This document shows, piece by piece, positions 19,877 through 29,133 of a stretch of DNA of 64,000 nucleotides. The position numbers and the translations under genes are program-made. The stretch is from contig JBFWRP010000012.1 in assembly GCA_050248855.1 (NCBI GenBank), positions 32,001 to 96,000 of the forward strand. The letters run 5' to 3'. The DNA comes from Planctomycetota bacterium (GTDB taxonomy: Bacteria > Planctomycetota > PLA2 > JAEUHO01). Numbering within the stretch: position 1 is the first letter of the stretch; each line of letters begins with the position of its first letter. Below the pieces are notes generated by a model. The model was given only the letters and a program-made list of their open reading frames with translations. It was not told the DNA's origin and did no database searches.

Positions 19877-20947
19877 TCAGGCACTAGCGAGTCGAATGCG
19901 ATCTAGCACTTGCTGTGCGGACGCGCGTGTCAGCCCCTCGCTGATCTGCTCAGTATCTCTGAATCCTGCCTCGAGCAGGCCGTGAACGATCCCGGCGGCG
20001 GGATTCAGAATCGTGAGTGGAGCCGACCGCTGATCCTTGAGCATCGCCTCGATGGGCGGGTCACGGTGCGCGTAGCCCACTGAGAGAACGTAGCTGGCCT
20101 GGCCAACTGAAGCCTGCAGTCGCTGGTAGAACTCGCGGAACGGAGACTCCGAGGACGCATCCTTACCGAGTTCGGGATAAACGATGGCGGCAGCCGCGAG
20201 GTTGCGTGGCGGCTGGGTCCATGCCCCAGTGACGATGCGCTTCTCGTCTTTGACCCAATTCAGAGAGCCATGCAACTTGGTGTACAGCACGTAGTTGGGG
20301 CTGCCCTGGCGCAAGTCGTCAGCGGAGCGGCGCCATGTGTCTGTCTGCACACGGAACGCCCCTGCGCTCGGATAGATCCCTCGTTCAATGCGGTGCCTCT
20401 CCTTCGAGTTTCGGGGCAGCGCGTCGAGGGCAACGTCCAACACTCGGTCGTAGTTCAGCGTGTACAGTTCCACATCGTCGTCGAGCTCCAGAAGGCCGCG
20501 AAGCAGCGGCATCCATGTCGCTTCCAAGCCCTCTGCCTTCGGCTCCGTACTGTAGTGAAGCCAGAGTCGCTCACGCAGTTCGCCCACCAAGATATCTGCG
20601 AACCTCTCGAAGTGATCAGAGTGCTGGAGCCCGAGCAAGCGCTCAACCCATTCGCCTAGTGGAGCGGGGACGGATACTCCGCGGCTCGGACGGAAGGTCT
20701 TCATGAACAGGTTGTTGGCTCGGATCTCTGCTGCGAACTCGCGGAGCGCAACTAGCCTTCCAAGGATCTCCTCGATGTCCACCGGAGCGCCAGACTTCTC
20801 TTCCGAGAGCGCTTGGTGTACGCGTCCCAGCAAGCTGCCGTCATCCAGCTTCATCGCAGCGGGTAGCTGTGCGACAAACTCGACAGTGGTTGGGTAGTCC
20901 TTCGAGACCGCGCGCGACGAACCAGACCCTGCAATCACAACGATCAT
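19877..20947 (-). CDS. SIR2-like domain protein (defence candidate)
   Basis: VVIAGSGSS...YPT, DIEEIL, YTLNYD, YTKLHGSLNW, IVYP, VLSVGYAHRD. Confidence 0.85.
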   Translation of the reverse strand: MIVVIAGSGSSRAVSKDYPTTVEFVAQLPAAMKLDDGSLLGRVHQALSEEKSGAPVDIEEILGRLVALREFAAEIRANNLFMKTFRPSRGVSVPAPLGEWVERLLGLQHSDHFERFADILVGELRERLWLHYSTEPKAEGLEATWMPLLRGLLELDDDVELYTLNYDRVLDVALDALPRNSKERHRIERGIYPSAGAFRVQTDTWRRSADDLRQGSPNYVLYTKLHGSLNWVKDEKRIVTGAWTQPPRNLAAAAIVYPELGKDASSESPFREFYQRLQASVGQASYVLSVGYAHRDPPIEAMLKDQRSAPLTILNPAAGIVHGLLEAGFRDTEQISEGLTRASAQQVLDRIRLASA

Positions 20948-20992
20948 GTCCAGAGGCTCCTCCGGCGCCAACTGCCCTGGGGCGCCATCACT

Positions 20993-21922
20993 TCAGTCGG
21001 AATCTGCCGCGGATCGGTCTGCGTTCGCTACACGCCGGCGGCGCCAACGGCGCCGCGCCACGCGCAAGAGCGGGAGCAGTAGAGGGGCCAGGAATGGCAG
21101 CAGAACGACCAGGTAGCCGCTGATGGTGTTGCCCTCGCCAATCCGGGTGCCGGGCAACCACCTGTTCCACGGACACGTGAAGATCAACACGGGGATGAGC
21201 GGGGCGGCCAGAGAGAGCCCGAACCTGGCAGATGCGGGAATCGGTGCCCGATTGATCCAAGGCATCCAGGCCAGCAGCAGTCCAAGGAACATCCACAGGA
21301 CCCCCGCGATGGTTCTAAACAACAGGCCACCGGCGATGATCTCGTGCTCCTCGAGTTCGTCCTCGATGGAGTCCATGACCGTATTGACGTGGGCGTGCGA
21401 TCGCCCCTCTACGACCACCGTCCGGCGATGGTCATCGAGTCGAACTACGACGTAGGAAACGTGCGGGGCTTCCTCTCGCTCACTCCGCGCGATGTACCTG
21501 TACTCCGCCGAGGTCGCGCGCCGTGGCACACGCACATCGTCTGACGCGATCGCCAGATCCGTCAGCGAGAGCGTCGTCGCGCCGTCAGAGAGTTCGAGGT
21601 GCTCTTCGGCCACGACGCCCGAGCCATTGATGCCTGCGAGCAACTTGCTCACGCGGTTCAGGATCTTGAGCCAGGCATCTGTGCTCATCGCAAGAGGTGA
21701 CAGATCGGAGTTCCGTGAGACGCGTGGATCGGCCGCCGCTCCGGATCGGCTCCACAGGGTGAGGATCACCACCGCCAAGAGCACGTACCGGAGGCAGCGA
21801 TGCACCGCTCCGCCCAGGCCGAGGTGCCCCCGCTGGTCGATGCCGGGCCAGGCTCCCGACGCGCTGTCGCGGCCGCGAGTTGATGCCCGTGGCCCGGCTT
21901 GCAAGCGGCTTGGGTACTGCAC
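20993..21922 (-). CDS. Hypothetical membrane protein (N-terminal signal/TM, three C-terminal TMs); start uncertain
   Basis: Hydrophobic segments YVLLAVVILTLW, IAGVLWMFLGLLLAW, LAAPLIPVLIF, YLVVLLPFLAPLLL followed by an Arg run. Confidence 0.55.
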   Translation of the reverse strand: MQYPSRLQAGPRASTRGRDSASGAWPGIDQRGHLGLGGAVHRCLRYVLLAVVILTLWSRSGAAADPRVSRNSDLSPLAMSTDAWLKILNRVSKLLAGINGSGVVAEEHLELSDGATTLSLTDLAIASDDVRVPRRATSAEYRYIARSEREEAPHVSYVVVRLDDHRRTVVVEGRSHAHVNTVMDSIEDELEEHEIIAGGLLFRTIAGVLWMFLGLLLAWMPWINRAPIPASARFGLSLAAPLIPVLIFTCPWNRWLPGTRIGEGNTISGYLVVLLPFLAPLLLPLLRVARRRWRRRRVANADRSAADSD

Positions 21923-22358
21923 TTCTCCTCACCTCCGATCCGCGTCACTGACCCTAGCCTGGGGGCCCGACGATGTTCGCCTCGCGCCAGCGATCCAGCG
22001 GGCCAGGGGGCTGCCGGCCGAGATCGGAGCGAGGCCGCTCGTGTGGAGGATGGATCCCTGCCGGGCGGTGGCCCCCAGATGCACTGCATTCGCCGCCCGC
22101 CGCCCAACCCCCTAGCGGTTCGAAGCCCTGAATTCCGGGCGCGCACGGTCGCAGCGCCACGTCGGCCGACTTGTCCCTAACATCGGTTAGGTTCCCGCCG
22201 CCCCCGGAGGGCCCGCCCGCCCTCCGCCGCCGGACCCGGGGTCCGGTGTGTGGGCCCGGGAAGGAGGCGCTTGGACCGTGCGCGGGCGATGCGTGAGCTT
22301 GAAGAGGCAAGGGCGCTGATGGGGGACGCGGAGCTGGGCCAGCTGATCGAGCGCTGGC

Positions 22359-22610
22359 TCAGGAGGAACGCCGCGCCACCTCCTGCCGCACGGTCCGGAC
22401 GAGATCCTCGAGCCGATCGGCCGGCAAGAGGCCGATCAGGTCGGCGACCGCCTCCGGCGTCCACGCCCTAGGCCAGGGCGTCTTGGCGTCGTCGAGGTAC
22501 GACCACGGCGCACCCAGCAATTGCTCCAAGAGGGCCACGTAGCGGCTCTCCGGCAGCGTTGAGCCGTCTCGCCACCGCAGCACGGTGCCCGGGTTCACCT
22601 TCTCGCCGAG
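22359..22610 (-). pseudogene. 5'-truncated copy of the HTH regulator
   Basis: Matches 16508-16759, then is replaced by tandem palindrome-arm sequence. Confidence 0.75.
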
Positions 22611-22859
22611 GAGTACCGAGTGCGGGCGAATCCCAGGAGTACCGAGTGCGGGCAAATCCCATGAACTAGCGTGACCCGGGCACTTGCCGCATGCGGCAGA
22701 CCAAGCCGCTAGGGGGATCGCAAGGGCCGGCGGCAGCGCTTCGACACTCCGGGGCGCCTGCGTCACTTGATGAAGACCGCGCCGGAGCCACTCCGATCAC
22801 CCAAGCAGCCAGCGGCCGGGCTGGGCCTGTCGGGCCCGTGCGATAGGGAGCGTGCGAGG

Positions 22860-22908
22860 TGGTATCCCCGGCAGGACTCGAACCTGCGACCCCCGGTTTA
22901 GGAAACCG
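22860..22908 (-). repeat. tRNA-Arg(CCT) 3'-half duplication, att copy 3 (prophage end)
   Basis: Identical to copy 2; about 350 bp from the integrase. Confidence 0.9.
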
Positions 22909-23256
22909 GGAAGGGCGCGCGAGAACGCGCGCTGCCCTGTCACGCGCGCCGCCCGCAAACGGCCATTCCATGCGGGTTTGCGGGCGCCGCTCTCTCCGGC
23001 CGCCTGCGACGCCGAGGACGTAGGGACCCCTTGGTTACAGCACATGTGCTGGTACGGAGCAGAACGCGCTCTGGATCGACGCCCGTTCCGCGCCGGATCG
23101 ACGCCGGATCGCACTAGGCAGCCATCCGGTGGGGGAGCGGCGGATTCTGGCGCGTGGCGCGCCCTCCGTACCGAGGGTCACGGCGTCCGCGGAAGCCTGT
23201 TCGATGGTGTCCCTGGCCCGAGGTAGGGTCGCGCCCCGCACCGGAGGTCACGCCCC

Positions 23257-24282
23257 TTGCCCTGGCTCCGCTCTCGTACCGAACGCTCGTCTGGGATCAC
23301 GACCTGGGCCATCGAGTGGCGCGAGGGCGGTCGCGGCGGCAAGGTGCGCGCGCGGCAACTCGGCGCCGTTACCGAGAAGGAGGCCGAGTTCGAGCTCGCC
23401 GCCATGCAGGCGGGCAAGACCACGCGCCGCGAGAAGCGCATGATCGACGCGGCGAGAGCCGTCGAGGAGTACCTCCGGCACCTCAAGGCCTCCGGCCGTC
23501 GCGACGGCACGATCGAGCATGACCGAGACAAGCTGACTCCGCTCGTCGCCGCATGGAGTGGCACGCCGCTCTCGACCTGGTCGCGCACCATGCTCGAGGG
23601 ATTCCTCACGGACCGCGAGTGGGCCCCGTACCGCGTCCGCAACGCTCTCGGGGTCTATCGTCGCTTCGTGAAGTGGTGCGAAGCCGTCGGCTACGTCTGC
23701 GGGGACTTCGTCGCGGGGTTCAAGCCCCCCCGCGCGCGCCCGGCCAACGAGCGCGAGGCCCTCACCGCCGAGCAGGCCCGGAAGCTCCTCGACGCCGCCC
23801 GGGGCCACTACCTGGAGGTCCCCGTCGCGCTGGCGCTTCTCTCGGGCCTCTCCCGGGCAGACCTGCGCACAACCACTTGGGGGGAGATCGACCTCGACGC
23901 CGGCTTCATCACGCGCCCCCGGCACAAGACGGGGACGCGCCTGCGGCTCCCGATCTCAGCCCCGCTCGCGGAGGTGCTGAGGCGCCACCGGCAGCGCTCG
24001 GGGCTCGTCTGCCGCGATCTACCGGCCTCGGACTCCTCCCTTTACAAGGCCCTCCACCGCCTCTGCGACCGCGCTGGGGTTCCCCGGGGCGGGTGGCACA
24101 CGCTGCGCCACACCGCGGCTACACTCCTCGCCGCCGCCGGGACGGACGTGGCCACGATCGGCCGGATCCTGGGTCACCGGCCGGGGAGCGTCGTGACGCT
24201 GCGGTACCTGCACACGGACGACGACCGGCTTCGGGAAGCCGCCGAGGCCGTCGCCGTTGCTGTCCAGCGGGCGCAGGTCTAG
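23257..24282 (+). CDS. Tyrosine recombinase/integrase
   Basis: RHKTG, WHTLRHTAAT, ILGH, TLRYLH; box I reads SGLSRADL. Confidence 0.9.
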   Translation: MPWLRSRTERSSGITTWAIEWREGGRGGKVRARQLGAVTEKEAEFELAAMQAGKTTRREKRMIDAARAVEEYLRHLKASGRRDGTIEHDRDKLTPLVAAWSGTPLSTWSRTMLEGFLTDREWAPYRVRNALGVYRRFVKWCEAVGYVCGDFVAGFKPPRARPANEREALTAEQARKLLDAARGHYLEVPVALALLSGLSRADLRTTTWGEIDLDAGFITRPRHKTGTRLRLPISAPLAEVLRRHRQRSGLVCRDLPASDSSLYKALHRLCDRAGVPRGGWHTLRHTAATLLAAAGTDVATIGRILGHRPGSVVTLRYLHTDDDRLREAAEAVAVAVQRAQV

Positions 24283-24285
24283 TCG

Positions 24286-26892
24286 ATGGGTCACCTCCAC
24301 GAGGAGATCAGCACGCGGGTACGCCGTTGGCGCGAGGAGGGGTATCCATCCGACTACCCGGCACTTGCCGAGATCCTAGAGTTCGCTGAGGAAGATGGTG
24401 GCGCGCGTCGTTACCTTCGCAGCCCTCAGCTCGCGGCTCTTGAGACCTACTGGTACCTCCGCCTGGTGGAGATGACGCCCCACGTCCTCGGGCTCTATCA
24501 GCGCGTCTATCAGAGGCAGTCCGAACTCATGGCAGCGCTCGGCCTCGACCAGGACGCCATCCGGAACATCGTGTTGGACGAGGGCGTCGATGCTCTCTGG
24601 AGACGCATCCGGGAGGACGACGATCTCGTCCGCGACTTCCGGCTTGAGGCTCTCCGCGAAACACTGACCCTGGCCTATGCCTCCTACATCCTCGCGCTCG
24701 CAATGGGTGCGGGGAAGACGGTGCTCATTGGGGCCATCGTCGCGACCGAGTTCGCCATGGCGATCGAGTACCCCGAAGGCCCCTTCGTCCAGAACGCGCT
24801 CGTATTCGCCCCGGGCAAGACGATCATCGAGTCGCTACGCGAACTCGTCTCGGTTCCCTACGACCGCATCTTGCCGCCGCGCCTGCACAGGCCCTTCTCC
24901 GCGAGCGTGAAGTTCACCTTCACGCGGGACGGAGAGAAGGACATCCCGGTCATCCGGGGCTCGTCCTGGAACGTCGTGGTCACGAACACGGAGAAGATCC
25001 GCATCCAGAAGGAGACGGTCCGCAAGGCGGACATGGGCGGGTGGTTCGCACCCGGTCGAGAGGACGAGGTCCGGGCCGAGGTCGCCAACCTCCGTCTCCA
25101 GGCCATCGCTTCTCTTCCGCACCTCGCGGTCTTCTCGGACGAGGCGCACCACACCTACGGGCAGTCGCTCGACGCGGACCTGAAGAAGGTCCGCAAGACC
25201 GTGGACTACCTCGCCGCCCAAACGAACGTGGTCGTCGTCGTAAACACGACGGGGACTCCTTACTTCCAGCGCCAGCCGCTACGCGACGTGGTCATCTGGT
25301 ACGGCCTCTCCCAGGGAATCCGCGACGACATCCTCAAGGACCTAGCCGGGAACATCCAGGCCTACGAGTTCGAGGGGGACGCGAGGAAGTACGTCGCGCA
25401 CGTGGTTGAGGACTTCTTCCGAGACTATGGGGACGTCCGCCTCCCGAACGGCGCCCCTGCGCGCATGGCCATGTACTTCCCGCAGACAGATGACTTGAAG
25501 GCGCTTCGGCCGATCGTCGAGAAGACGCTCCTACGTCTCGGTCTGGCACCGGACCTGTGCCTGACGAACACCTCGGACGAGTCCCTCACGAAACAGGCCG
25601 ACATCGATGCCTTCAATCGACTCAACGATCCCGCCGCTCCCCACCGCGTGATCCTCCTCGTCAACAAGGGGACGGAGGGGTGGAACTGCCCGAGCCTCTT
25701 TGCCTGCGCGCTCGCGCGCAGGCTCAAGACCTCGAACAACTTCGTCCTCCAGGCAGCCACACGCTGCCTGCGGCAAGTCCCTGGGAACACGCGCAAGGCC
25801 CGTGTCTACCTGTCCACCGACAACTTCCGCATCCTCGACCGCCAGTTGCAGGAGACCTACGGCGAGTCGATTCGCGGCCTCAACCAGGCCGGGCGCGAGA
25901 GGGCGCGGACCCGAATCGTCCTCCGGAAGGTGGACCTCCCGCCGCTGGTCGTTACCCAGATCGTCCGGACCGTCCTTCGCTGCGAGGAAGCGGCCACAGC
26001 CCTCCGCTTGGAGCGGCCGAAGGGGGCCCCCGAGGCGCTCCGAAAGACCGTCTTCACTCCGGCCGAGGCGCGAGGAGGCGTTCTCCAGCCCCTCGCGCCG
26101 GGCGTGGAGATTGAGGCCGAACCCGAGACGACGGACGTCTACAGCGCCGCTGTGGAACTCGCCGGCCGATATCGGCTCGACATGTGGACCGTGCTGGACG
26201 AGGTTCGGCGCGTGTACGCACCGGAGGCCGTTCCCCTGGAGCACCTCGATGATCTCGCCCGGCAGGTGGAGGGGACGACCCGCCGCTATGAGGTGAGGGA
26301 GGAGAAGGTCGAGGTGGCCCTCGCGCTCATCAAGCCAGAGGGATTCGTGAAGGAGATCGACGCCTCGAAAGCCGAGGTCTACACGGCGGAGATCGTGTAT
26401 CCGAAAGACCGCGAGGAACTCATCCTCGCCTGCGACCAGGTCCGCGAGAACCCTGCCGGCTACGGCTTCCACTACGACCCCTACAACTTCGATTCGCGGC
26501 CAGAGCGAGCCTTCTTCGAGGCTCTCCTCGCGCACCTCAACGTCCAGCCCGCGGAGGTCGAGGACGTGATCTACACGGGCGCCATCACGGACCCGGACAA
26601 GACCGACTTCTTCGTCGAGTACCGGGACGAGAAGGGGCGCATGAGGAGGTATACGCCCGACTTCGTGATCCGCAAGAGGAACGGGCGCGTGCTCATCGTG
26701 GAGGTGAAAGCGGACCGAGAGCGTGCGCACCCGATAGACGGCGAGACGGGCCGCAAGGCAATGGCCGTCCGCCAGTGGCGCGACCTGGATCCGAAGCGCC
26801 TCAAGTACGAGATCCTCTTCACGCCGGAAGAGACGGTGACGGCGGATCAGATGCGTGCTGTGATCGAGTTCGTCCGCGAGAGGGAAGCTTGA
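24286..26892 (+). CDS. Type III R-M Res-like helicase-nuclease
   Basis: LAMGAGKT, SDEAHH, TTGTP, EGWNCP, LQAATRCLR; C-terminal YTPDF...IVEVK nuclease. Confidence 0.88.
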   Translation: MGHLHEEISTRVRRWREEGYPSDYPALAEILEFAEEDGGARRYLRSPQLAALETYWYLRLVEMTPHVLGLYQRVYQRQSELMAALGLDQDAIRNIVLDEGVDALWRRIREDDDLVRDFRLEALRETLTLAYASYILALAMGAGKTVLIGAIVATEFAMAIEYPEGPFVQNALVFAPGKTIIESLRELVSVPYDRILPPRLHRPFSASVKFTFTRDGEKDIPVIRGSSWNVVVTNTEKIRIQKETVRKADMGGWFAPGREDEVRAEVANLRLQAIASLPHLAVFSDEAHHTYGQSLDADLKKVRKTVDYLAAQTNVVVVVNTTGTPYFQRQPLRDVVIWYGLSQGIRDDILKDLAGNIQAYEFEGDARKYVAHVVEDFFRDYGDVRLPNGAPARMAMYFPQTDDLKALRPIVEKTLLRLGLAPDLCLTNTSDESLTKQADIDAFNRLNDPAAPHRVILLVNKGTEGWNCPSLFACALARRLKTSNNFVLQAATRCLRQVPGNTRKARVYLSTDNFRILDRQLQETYGESIRGLNQAGRERARTRIVLRKVDLPPLVVTQIVRTVLRCEEAATALRLERPKGAPEALRKTVFTPAEARGGVLQPLAPGVEIEAEPETTDVYSAAVELAGRYRLDMWTVLDEVRRVYAPEAVPLEHLDDLARQVEGTTRRYEVREEKVEVALALIKPEGFVKEIDASKAEVYTAEIVYPKDREELILACDQVRENPAGYGFHYDPYNFDSRPERAFFEALLAHLNVQPAEVEDVIYTGAITDPDKTDFFVEYRDEKGRMRRYTPDFVIRKRNGRVLIVEVKADRERAHPIDGETGRKAMAVRQWRDLDPKRLKYEILFTPEETVTADQMRAVIEFVREREA

Positions 26893-28802
26893 TGGCCAAA
26901 CCCAAGAGTCGCCGGCCCGCCAAGAAGGCGGCACACCAGAAGCCGGATGTCGCCTCGGCTGCCGCCCCGGCGCCCGAGCACGCCGAAGTGGCCGTGACCC
27001 CCGCCAAGGGGCGCCCCATGCTCCACTGGGTCGGGAAGCGTCCGCTGTCGTCAGTGAAGTTCTTCCCGGCGCAGCACGTCGAGACCTTCGAGCCCACGGG
27101 CGGCGCACTGCGCGCGGAGGCCTGGGCTGACTGGCCGGGAGCGTATCCGAATGGCGGCCTCCTGTTCCACGGGGACAATAAGGAGGTTCTCGGCCACCTC
27201 CTGGCCTCCGGTTTCCGCGGGAAGGTGAATCTCGTTTACATCGACCCGCCCTTCGATTCGGGGGCGGACTACGTCAGGCGAGTCTCCCTGCGGGGCCCCA
27301 GGGGCAAGGCCAAGATCGAGGGTGAGTCCTACACGCTCGGGGAGCAGATCCAATACGCTGATATCTGGGCAAACGACAACTATCTCCAGTTCATGTTCGA
27401 GCGACTCAGCCTCATCAAGGAGTGCCTCGCTGACGGCGGCTCAATCTTCCTCCATTGTGACAGTAGTCGCGGGCACCTTCTGCGATGTGTGATGGACGAG
27501 GTATTCGGGTCTAGTGGGTTTCTGAACGAGATCATTTGGAGCTATCGCCGCTGGCCCGCCGATGTCCGCGCGTTTCAGACTATGCACGACTCGATCCTGT
27601 GGTACTCGGTCGGAAGACCTGGCGGTCACATATTCCACAAGGAGTTCGAGCCTGCATCGGCGAGCTACCTGAAGCGCTTCGGAGGCAAGACTCAGAAGCT
27701 CGACGAGGAGACGGGCACTCGCAAGATCACGACAGAGGATGAAACGAAGGGGATGCCGCTTCGCGATGTGTGGGACATCTCCATCATCGCGGGATTCAAG
27801 GCCGAACGAACCGGCTACCCCACGCAGAAGCCCGAGGCCCTGCTCGAGCGCATAATCAGGTGTTGCTCGAATCCCGGCGATCTCGTCCTCGACTGCTTCA
27901 TAGGATCGGGCACAACCGCGGCTGTGGCGCAGCGCCTTGGCCGCCGCTGGATCGGCGCCGACATTAACAAGGGCGCAATCCAGACGACCGCAAAGAGGCT
28001 CCAGTCGAGTATTCAGGAACAGGCGACGGAGACCGAAGCGCGGCTGGAGACGGAAGGAGATGGGGCGCCTGCGCCGGCACAGACGTCGTTCACCGTCTGG
28101 CGTGTCAACGACTATGACCTCGCCATCCAGCACAACGAGGCTGTAAACCTCGCGTGCGAGAAGTTGGGCGTTGAACGGAAACGGACGGACCCCTTCTTCG
28201 ACGGCACGCTCGGGAAGTCCCTCGTCAAGATCGTCCCCTTCGGCCATGGTCTCACCCCCCTCGACCTTGAGGAGGTCAAGCGCGAGTTGGAGGCAAGGCC
28301 GGACGAGGACCGGCCCGTCACCATGGTCGCCCTCGGGATCGAGTTGGCGGCGAAGGCATGGGTGGAGGACTGGAACCGCCTCCGGAAGGGTAGGGAGGCC
28401 GTGAACCGGATCGCGGTGATCGACCTCCGGGCCGACCCCAAACACGGCGGCTTCCTGCGCCACGAACCGGCAAAGGCGAAGGTGAAGATCTCGCGCAGCA
28501 AGGACCGAGTCACAGTTGAGATCGAGGACTTCGTCTCACCCTCCATCATCGAGCGTCTCCGAGAGCAGGCGGGGATCCTGAGTCCCAAGATCGACGACTG
28601 GCGCGCGATGGTGGACTGCGTGATGGTGGACCCCGCCTACGATGGGGATGTGTTCAAGGTGTCCCTCACTGACGTTCCCGAACGCAAGAGCGATCTCGTT
28701 GCCGGGACCTATGTGGTGCACGCCCCCGCGGGCCCGACGACCGTCGCCGTGAAGATCATCGACATGTTGGGGGAGGAAGTCCTCATTACCAAGGAGCTGT
28801 GA
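26892..28802 (+). CDS. Type III Mod-like adenine DNA methyltransferase
   Basis: TGATG coupling to Res; YIDPPF, YPTQKPEALLERII, DCFIGSGTT. Confidence 0.92.
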   Translation: MAKPKSRRPAKKAAHQKPDVASAAAPAPEHAEVAVTPAKGRPMLHWVGKRPLSSVKFFPAQHVETFEPTGGALRAEAWADWPGAYPNGGLLFHGDNKEVLGHLLASGFRGKVNLVYIDPPFDSGADYVRRVSLRGPRGKAKIEGESYTLGEQIQYADIWANDNYLQFMFERLSLIKECLADGGSIFLHCDSSRGHLLRCVMDEVFGSSGFLNEIIWSYRRWPADVRAFQTMHDSILWYSVGRPGGHIFHKEFEPASASYLKRFGGKTQKLDEETGTRKITTEDETKGMPLRDVWDISIIAGFKAERTGYPTQKPEALLERIIRCCSNPGDLVLDCFIGSGTTAAVAQRLGRRWIGADINKGAIQTTAKRLQSSIQEQATETEARLETEGDGAPAPAQTSFTVWRVNDYDLAIQHNEAVNLACEKLGVERKRTDPFFDGTLGKSLVKIVPFGHGLTPLDLEEVKRELEARPDEDRPVTMVALGIELAAKAWVEDWNRLRKGREAVNRIAVIDLRADPKHGGFLRHEPAKAKVKISRSKDRVTVEIEDFVSPSIIERLREQAGILSPKIDDWRAMVDCVMVDPAYDGDVFKVSLTDVPERKSDLVAGTYVVHAPAGPTTVAVKIIDMLGEEVLITKEL

Positions 28803-28848
28803 TCCTCGGCTCTGCAACATCGGGGTACGCTGGTAGCGCTCCTGTTGG

Positions 28849-29133
28849 CTACATCGCCAGCGAAGCAATCGCCGCCGCAGCCGCCGTACCCACGACCCAG
28901 GCGACGATGCCCCACTTGAGCCGGTGCTCCCCGACGGCGGCGAAGAGGCGCATCACGCGCTCCTCCAGAGCATCAACTCGAGCCTCGACCTCGGCGGCCT
29001 GCTGGCGCGCGTCGATGACGGACTGCGTCGCCCACTGGTCGTGGCGCCCGGCCCAGTCCTCGATCCGGCGCAGGCGGCGCGCCGGATCGTCGGACTCGGC
29101 CGGGGCGAAGCGGGGGCCACGCTCGTAGCTCAT
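28849..29133 (-). CDS. Small phage coiled-coil protein with C-terminal TM (holin/hemolysin-like)
   Basis: MSYERG...VDALEERV..KWGIVAWVVGTAAAAAIASLAM; ATGA overlap with the upstream gene. Confidence 0.55.
   Translation of the reverse strand: MSYERGPRFAPAESDDPARRLRRIEDWAGRHDQWATQSVIDARQQAAEVEARVDALEERVMRLFAAVGEHRLKWGIVAWVVGTAAAAAIASLAM

Larger units (their letters stand above)
19657..22908. mobile_element. att-bounded integrase-less cassette B
   Basis: Flanked by att copies 2 and 3; same scaffold as cassette A, different cargo. Confidence 0.7.

Noticed and set aside
16321..22610. Repeats as pure assembly duplication
   Set aside because: Copies differ by many scattered substitutions and have distinct junctions; strain chimerism cannot be fully excluded without reads
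12965..22908. Intact tRNA-Arg genes
   Set aside because: All three copies start at the anticodon stem and lack the D-arm and 5' acceptor strand; they are att duplications
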